This document shows, one piece after another, positions 34,780 to 40,000 of a stretch of 40,000 nt of DNA. The DNA is from an uncultured phage cr108_1. Location of the stretch: the sequence record MT774385.1. One strand, written 5' to 3'. The translations under genes were made by a program, and so were the position numbers. The stretch's first letter is position 1; the number at the start of each line of letters is the position of its first letter. The notes under the pieces were generated by a model. It was not told the origin of the DNA. It searched no databases and saw only the letters and a list, made by a program, of their open reading frames with translations.

Positions 34780-34977
34780 ATGAATTTCTTAGGCGGTAAG
34801 TTTAGCAGCGAATATGTTGCTACGCCTCAAGGTAAAGTAGCTGGTGAACGGCTACTAGAAGTTATTAAGGATGTTAAAGCTAAGGCTCAGCAAGAAATTG
34901 CTGCTAAACATGAGAAGCTACAGAAGGTAGCTGACTTATTAGATAAGCATCCAGAACTACTTGATAAGATTAAATAA
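34780..34977 (+). CDS. hypothetical protein; true N-terminus probably upstream of first ATG
   Basis: 65 aa from ATG; same frame is open and protein-like back to ~34687 (SYYNSNLTEDEKKLIEKSPEYSEAKNTFESGF). Confidence 0.6.
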   Translation: MNFLGGKFSSEYVATPQGKVAGERLLEVIKDVKAKAQQEIAAKHEKLQKVADLLDKHPELLDKIK

Positions 34978-34979
34978 AC

Positions 34980-35297
34980 ATGACTGACTTAGAGATATTA
35001 AAAGCCGCATTAAATTCGTCGATTCGAAATATTACTGCTAGTTTAGGATTTCCCTACTTAGCACCTGTTGCAACTTATGGAGTTAATAATATACTTAGTA
35101 AACCTAAGTATAAGTTTATCATAGATGCTTTAACTGACGGTAATGATAACATCGACATTGAGTCGTTGTCTAATGCCCTTAAGGATACGATGCGTTCGAT
35201 GCCTAATAAGCCGACCCTGCTGGGTATTACTTTTGGACCAGAAGACATTGACTTGTTTAAGAGAGAGTTCTTAAACATTAAGAGTAAGAATGCCTAG
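34980..35297 (+). CDS. hypothetical protein
   Basis: 105 aa, structural block. Confidence 0.7.
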   Translation: MTDLEILKAALNSSIRNITASLGFPYLAPVATYGVNNILSKPKYKFIIDALTDGNDNIDIESLSNALKDTMRSMPNKPTLLGITFGPEDIDLFKREFLNIKSKNA

Positions 35298-35553
35298 TAT
35301 TACCCTTATTCAGAAGATCAAGGAATTCTTTACACCTAATAAGCAGATTAGAGCCCTTTTGCTAGAATTAACAGTTCTACATGAAGATATGAGGGTTAGT
35401 CTTAAGCACATAGATTCTTCGCAGAAGGAGATTGCTGAAGCTTTACGGGATGTTAAAGGATGTATACTTAGTGTCAAAAAGAGTCATAGCGGTAGAGATA
35501 AGTGTAAATCACTTAAATCTCATAGTTATGATGAAGAAACACCTGCACGTTAA
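35290..35553 (+). CDS. hypothetical protein
   Basis: 87 aa, coiled-coil-like. Confidence 0.65.
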   Translation: MPSITLIQKIKEFFTPNKQIRALLLELTVLHEDMRVSLKHIDSSQKEIAEALRDVKGCILSVKKSHSGRDKCKSLKSHSYDEETPAR

Positions 35554-35824
35554 ACTATCTGCAGAGTCGATACTTGAGATGATCTCGGAGGCTGCGCATA
35601 GTGCTATGAAGAAGAGTGTTGAAGATCACTTTCTAAGTGAGGAAGAGTATAAGGAGATTATACATTCCAATCAGAGAGATCTTCATGAACTTGTTCGAGA
35701 GAATCTACATGGTACTGTAGAGTGCAAACTTCTAGATGTTATGAAGTTAATCGAAGCTTACTTTGAAGCCCGTGATATGGACGAAGAAGTGCTTATGATT
35801 ATGCTTGACAAAAGCAGAGAGTAA
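35432..35824 (+). CDS. hypothetical protein (true start probably near 35530-35580)
   Basis: KLSAESILEMISEAAHSAMKKSVEDHFLSEEEY is protein-like; the upstream part overlaps 35290..35553 out of frame. Confidence 0.6.
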   Translation: MLKLYGMLKDVYLVSKRVIAVEISVNHLNLIVMMKKHLHVKLSAESILEMISEAAHSAMKKSVEDHFLSEEEYKEIIHSNQRDLHELVRENLHGTVECKLLDVMKLIEAYFEARDMDEEVLMIMLDKSRE

Positions 35825-35837
35825 TTATATATCTAGT

Positions 35838-36221
35838 ATGGAACAGATGGATTTCGATAGAGTTATAACCTTCGTGAACGAACTTTATGGCTCATATTTT
35901 AAACTTAAGGAAATTCATTGGAATACTTTTAGTAAATCTTTACATCTACTTATAGATGAAATTAATGATGATTTACTTGAGTATGTTGATGATATTACGG
36001 AGAATATTATGGGTCTAAACGATAGCCGCTTTGGTTATGGAGTTATCAATCCTAATATTCCTAATACTACTGATCCTAAGGAGATCTTAAAGGTTCTTGC
36101 TGCTAAAGCGGAGTATTTAAAGTCTGGAATGACAGCTGGCAGATATGCTGGTATTGTTAATATTCTCGATGATTTTGCTCAGACAATGAATCGTTATATC
36201 TACCTTAGCGTTGATAGATAA
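35838..36221 (+). CDS. Dps/ferritin-like helical-bundle protein (DUF5856-like)
   Basis: FVNELYGSYFKLKEIHWNTFSKSLHLLIDEINDDLLEYVDDITENIMG resembles Dps '...lk.yHWnv.G..F..lHe..dely.el.e.vD.iaEri'. Track ORF starts 35805. Confidence 0.6.
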   Translation: MEQMDFDRVITFVNELYGSYFKLKEIHWNTFSKSLHLLIDEINDDLLEYVDDITENIMGLNDSRFGYGVINPNIPNTTDPKEILKVLAAKAEYLKSGMTAGRYAGIVNILDDFAQTMNRYIYLSVDR

Positions 36222-36263
36222 TTACCAAAAATAATAGAAATTATTATTTTTTTACAAAAGTCC

Positions 36264-36295
36264 TTGGATATATGAAAAATTTTTCGTATATTTGA
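36264..36295 (+). promoter_or_regulatory. Bacteroidetes-type promoter candidate
   Basis: CTTG (36264-36267), 20-nt spacer, TATATTTG (36288-36295). Confidence 0.6.
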
Positions 36296-36349
36296 GGACT
36301 TTTAGTTTATAAACCTATATGGTTTGATAATAATTTAAATTAATTTAAT

Positions 36350-37282
36350 ATGAACGTTAACGAAATTCTAGAGGTATTTAAGGTTAAACCTTACCTCGTA
36401 CGTATGGGTAAAGGCTCCTTATCGAGGAGACTTCATGCAACTAAGGAAGACATTGTTGAGGCTAAGAAAGTGTATCGTAATACTAATTTAGTACAGTCTA
36501 TTAATCAGAAGAAGCCCAACATTCTTATCTTAGATATTGAGACAGCTCCTATGAAAGGCTATGTCTTTAGCCTATGGAAGGACTCAGTAAATTTAGATAA
36601 ACTTCTAGCAGATTGGTATATCATCTGTTGGTCTGCTAAATGGCTTTTTGGACGGGAAGTACTTGGTGATTGTCTTACTAGTAGTGAAGCAAAGGCACAG
36701 GATGATAGACGTATTGTTATGAGTCTTGCAGAACTTCTTAACCAGGCTGACATTGTCATTACTCATAATGGTAAGAAGTTTGACTTACTTAAGATTAATG
36801 CGAGGATGCTCATTCATAGGCTTCCTCCTGTTAAGCCTTATCAGAATATTGATACTTTAGAAATTGCCAAGCGTCAATTTGGCTTTACTTCTAACAAGTT
36901 AGATTACCTAGCTAAAGTTCTAGGAGTTGATACTAAGTTAGATACTGACTTCCAGCTGTGGGCAGATTGTGTAGACGGTAAGCCTGAAGCCTTGAAGTAT
37001 ATGTATAAATATAATAATTGGGATGTTGAATGTCTTGAAGCGGTTTACTTAAGACTTAGACCTTGGATTCGCTCGAATGTTAATCTTGGGCTGTATTATG
37101 AATGTGATGAGCCAGTATGCCCGAACTGCGGTTCTCATAATCTCACTGAAGAGGGCTTTTATTATACATCGGTAAATAAATACCAGGTATACCGTTGTGA
37201 GTGTGGTGCTGTATCTAGGGCAAGAACCTCCGAAGTTCCTAAAGATGTTAAAGAAGTTTTATTAAATGGAAACATATCTTAA
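36350..37282 (+). CDS. DnaQ/RNase H-like 3'-5' exonuclease with C-terminal zinc ribbon
   Basis: ILILDIETAPM, ADIVITHNGKKFDLLKINARM, NNWDVECLEAVYLRL, and CPNCGSHN...YRCECG. Confidence 0.85.
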   Translation: MNVNEILEVFKVKPYLVRMGKGSLSRRLHATKEDIVEAKKVYRNTNLVQSINQKKPNILILDIETAPMKGYVFSLWKDSVNLDKLLADWYIICWSAKWLFGREVLGDCLTSSEAKAQDDRRIVMSLAELLNQADIVITHNGKKFDLLKINARMLIHRLPPVKPYQNIDTLEIAKRQFGFTSNKLDYLAKVLGVDTKLDTDFQLWADCVDGKPEALKYMYKYNNWDVECLEAVYLRLRPWIRSNVNLGLYYECDEPVCPNCGSHNLTEEGFYYTSVNKYQVYRCECGAVSRARTSEVPKDVKEVLLNGNIS

Positions 37283-37766
37283 TGACGAAATTTGGAAAGA
37301 TGTTGAAGGATACGAGGGATTGTATTTAGTCAGTAATAAGGGTCGTATATGCCGTATTTTAAAAGGCCGGAGTGACGTTAATGGTTATAATACAATAACA
37401 TTATGTGATGGAAATGGAGGGTATAAAGATGCTAAAGTACATAGATTAGTGGCTCAAGCTTTCATCCCTAACCCTCACAATTATCCTATCATTAATCACA
37501 AAGATGAGTGCCCTGGTAATAATCATGTAGAGAATTTAGAATGGTGTACCTACAGTTATAATATTAATTATGGGAACGCTAATAAATCTAGAGCAGAGAA
37601 GCAATATAAAGCAATCTATGGTATTAACATTGATACTAAAGAAATTATAGAGTTTTCTTCTCTTACTGAGGCTCGTAAACATGGATTTAACCATAAAGCA
37701 ATAAGCATGTGTCTAAGAGGGCATAGTAAGAAAAGCCAGGGATATTACTGGTTTTATAAAGAATAA
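37266..37766 (+). CDS. HNH homing endonuclease (NUMOD4-HNH-NUMOD1-like)
   Basis: EIWKDVEGYEGLYLVSNKGRI; HRLVAQAFIPNPHNYPIINHKDECPGNNHVENLEWCTYSYNINYG; GINIDTKEIIEFSSLTEARKHGFNHKAISMCLRG. Confidence 0.95.
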   Translation: METYLNDEIWKDVEGYEGLYLVSNKGRICRILKGRSDVNGYNTITLCDGNGGYKDAKVHRLVAQAFIPNPHNYPIINHKDECPGNNHVENLEWCTYSYNINYGNANKSRAEKQYKAIYGINIDTKEIIEFSSLTEARKHGFNHKAISMCLRGHSKKSQGYYWFYKE

Positions 37767-37771
37767 TTAAT

Positions 37772-38548
37772 ATGCAAACCTATCGTGAGTGTGTTTACAT
37801 GGTATTTGATGAGTTAAAATTAGATTCTGATGATTCTAGAATTGAAGTAGAACATATCATCTTTTTACTCAATAAATATCGTGCAATATTAGCTAAGCAA
37901 AGATACGGTGGTACCAAGAGGGATGTCCCTCTTGAGTACTACCAAATCTGGGACTTAGGTTACTTAGATCTACCAGTAAATAATACTGATGTACGTAGAA
38001 CTTTTAGCTTCAATAAACCTGTCCCTTCTATCCTAAATTTACATGGCATTCTATTAGAGACTTCCATCTCGTATAATACTGCTCCTATTGAAGAGGAATG
38101 TATTATTGATGGTACCCCAGTCCTTATATATAATCAATCAAGTGATTTTGTAGAGAATAACATTGATGTTAACTTTATAAATCCTGATAGATTTAAGTAT
38201 CTTGGTTATAACAAGTGGTTAACATCCCAACCGTATGCTACCATTGGTTATGACCATAAGTTGTATATAAGCTCTACTGCAGATTTTCTCAATGGTAAGC
38301 GCTTTAGGATTCAAGGAATCTTTGAAAATCCTACAGACTTCCAAGAGTCTACAGATGGTAAGTTAGATATGTACTTCCCTGTAGAGCAAGCATTAGTGCA
38401 GCCTATCATAGATTTAATAGTTAAGGAGCTTGGTAATGTTCTTTACTTACCTAAGGATGGGGAGAATAATTCTTCTGATGATATATCTATACCTATGAAT
38501 AGTTATCAGCCTCCTAAGGTTAGGTCAAAAACTAGTATTGATGAATAA
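37772..38548 (+). CDS. structural-block protein, putative ring/tail component
   Basis: 258 aa; position. Confidence 0.65.
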   Translation: MQTYRECVYMVFDELKLDSDDSRIEVEHIIFLLNKYRAILAKQRYGGTKRDVPLEYYQIWDLGYLDLPVNNTDVRRTFSFNKPVPSILNLHGILLETSISYNTAPIEEECIIDGTPVLIYNQSSDFVENNIDVNFINPDRFKYLGYNKWLTSQPYATIGYDHKLYISSTADFLNGKRFRIQGIFENPTDFQESTDGKLDMYFPVEQALVQPIIDLIVKELGNVLYLPKDGENNSSDDISIPMNSYQPPKVRSKTSIDE

Positions 38549-39114
38549 TGGAATATAGTGAATTTATTAAGCAGGTTAAGAAAGTAAATAGCTCTAGAAC
38601 CTTTAAAATCACTAATTCCTTTAGTATTAAAGGTGCATATAAATGGTATCGTAATCATAGACCTCGTGGACATAAGTATGTCCTCCAGGAAGGCCAATTT
38701 TACGCGATTATACGCACTATAAATGATATGCTGGCAGATGCCCTTGTTCGAGGAGAAGAAGTGAAATTTCCGGCTCGTATGGGCTTATTGGAAATTCGTA
38801 AGTATCATGTCGAGCCATATCTTAATGAGAAGGGAGAGCTCATTTACAAAGCTCCTGTTGATTGGGGAGCAACCTTAAGATTCTGGTATGAGAATCCTGA
38901 GGCTTATAAGAATAAGATTACAATCAAGGTCGAGAAGCACGACAATTATAAGATCGAGTATAATAAGTCTAAAGCATGTTTTAAGAAGAAATCATTCTAT
39001 ATGTTCCAACCTAATAGAGCATTAAGGATGAAAGTACATCAAGCTGCTAAGGAAGGAAAGCTCGATGCATTTGAATATAATTATTGGAGAGATGGCAGCA
39101 GAAAGGTACGTTAG
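38548..39114 (+). CDS. IHF/HU-like protein
   Basis: 188 aa; INDMLADALVRGEEVKFPARMGLLEIRK resembles the HU/IHF 'i...L..GeeV.lp.fGtf..r' region. Confidence 0.6.
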   Translation: MEYSEFIKQVKKVNSSRTFKITNSFSIKGAYKWYRNHRPRGHKYVLQEGQFYAIIRTINDMLADALVRGEEVKFPARMGLLEIRKYHVEPYLNEKGELIYKAPVDWGATLRFWYENPEAYKNKITIKVEKHDNYKIEYNKSKACFKKKSFYMFQPNRALRMKVHQAAKEGKLDAFEYNYWRDGSRKVR

Positions 39115-39811
39115 CCTAAAGGTCGTTGCAGACCAGCTACATCGTAATCCGCTAATGAATGGTATAGCCTTTGAAGCTATCCTAGACTATACTGTAGACT
39201 TTCTACAGATAGTTGGAGTTCCAGCGGACTTTGTAGATAAGTATTACACTGTAGAATATACAGATTATAGAGCTCCTCTTCCTGCAGATTATGTAGAATG
39301 TAATCAACTATTGATTGATAATAGGGTAGCTCGATGGGCTACAGATACATTTCATAATCTTTATGGTGAGATGAAGACTACTGGTAACTATTGTATTAAT
39401 GACAAGTTATCAAGATCTGTAGATTATACTTTTACTATTAATAACAGTTTCATTTACCTATCTAAGGAGAAGGGCAAGATTGAGATGTCTTACCGAGCTA
39501 TTCCTGTAGATGATGATGGTTATCCAATGATTCCTGATAATCCCGTATTCCAGCGAGCCTTACGATTATTTATTGAAAAGGAACATGCCCGAATACTTTA
39601 TTTGAACGATAAGTTGGATGGTAATAAATTCAGCAAGATTGAGCAAGACTACTGGTGGGCAGTAGGTCAATGGGAGACTGACTCTCGTAAGCTTAATCTA
39701 TCTAAAGCTGAAGCACTCTTTAACTCCTTTAGAACTCTTATTGTACGTGATACTGAGTTCCAGAATAGATTTAGGAATGACGGGGCCAAAGAGAGATTAA
39801 TACGTCATTAA
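39065..39811 (+). CDS. structural-block protein, putative ring/tail component
   Basis: 248 aa; position; overlaps the upstream gene by 50 nt. Confidence 0.65.
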   Translation: MHLNIIIGEMAAERYVSLKVVADQLHRNPLMNGIAFEAILDYTVDFLQIVGVPADFVDKYYTVEYTDYRAPLPADYVECNQLLIDNRVARWATDTFHNLYGEMKTTGNYCINDKLSRSVDYTFTINNSFIYLSKEKGKIEMSYRAIPVDDDGYPMIPDNPVFQRALRLFIEKEHARILYLNDKLDGNKFSKIEQDYWWAVGQWETDSRKLNLSKAEALFNSFRTLIVRDTEFQNRFRNDGAKERLIRH

Positions 39812-40000
39812 TTATGGAGATTAAAAGAACACAATTGGTGCCTCGGGGCATGCAACAAGATCTAAGCATCTCTAAGTTTAACCCTGAGTTCTCCTACGAG
39901 AATCGTAATATTAGAATCACTGCTCGTGAGGATAGCTCTCTATTATCCATAACTAATGAGCGTGGCAATAAGATTATAGAATTTACTGATGCTGAAGATA
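39811..40000 (+). CDS. partial CDS, probable tail stabilisation/muzzle-type protein
   Basis: MEIKRTQLVPRGMQQDLSISKFNPEFSYENRNIRITAREDSSLLSITNERGNKIIEFTDAED..., runs off the window. Confidence 0.55.
   Translation, partial: MMEIKRTQLVPRGMQQDLSISKFNPEFSYENRNIRITAREDSSLLSITNERGNKIIEFTDAED

Noticed and set aside
15063-36221. Possible stop-codon reassignment, known in some crAss-like phages
   Set aside because: Structural genes here read through at full length with the standard bacterial code; TAA, TAG and TGA all appear to act as terminators (e.g. groEL-like ends in TGA, TerL in TAG).
1-40000. CRISPR array, retron, or known anti-phage system
   Set aside because: No regularly spaced direct repeats, no Cas/RT/TIR/defence motifs recognised by eye.

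Overview
This 40 kb window reads as part of a crAss-like phage genome (Crassvirales-type, Bacteroidota host). The assignment rests on protein motifs, gene order and Bacteroidetes-type promoters, all judged by eye. The left ~7.1 kb is a minus-strand module of many tiny unknown ORFs, several tRNAs (Leu, Leu, Arg, Ile, Met), two aberrant tRNA-like elements and a ~500 bp hairpin-rich non-coding stretch. A divergent control region at ~7.15-7.48 kb separates it from the plus-strand module. That module encodes a HExxH protein, a large HExxH plus lysozyme-like protein, tRNA-Asn, a full-length GroEL-like chaperonin, a GroES-like co-chaperonin, TerL, portal, tail-fibre/collagen-like proteins, a lysis-like cassette, scaffold-like and major capsid proteins, other structural proteins, a Dps-like small protein, a DnaQ/RNase H-like exonuclease with zinc ribbon, an HNH homing endonuclease, an IHF-like protein, and the start of a probable tail/muzzle protein. 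The strongest leads are the phage-encoded chaperonin pair, the expanded tRNA-like elements, the ncRNA-like hairpin cluster, the Dps-like protein in the structural block, and a protein-like reading frame with no conventional start codon next to a strong hairpin. I found no CRISPR array or recognisable defence island.
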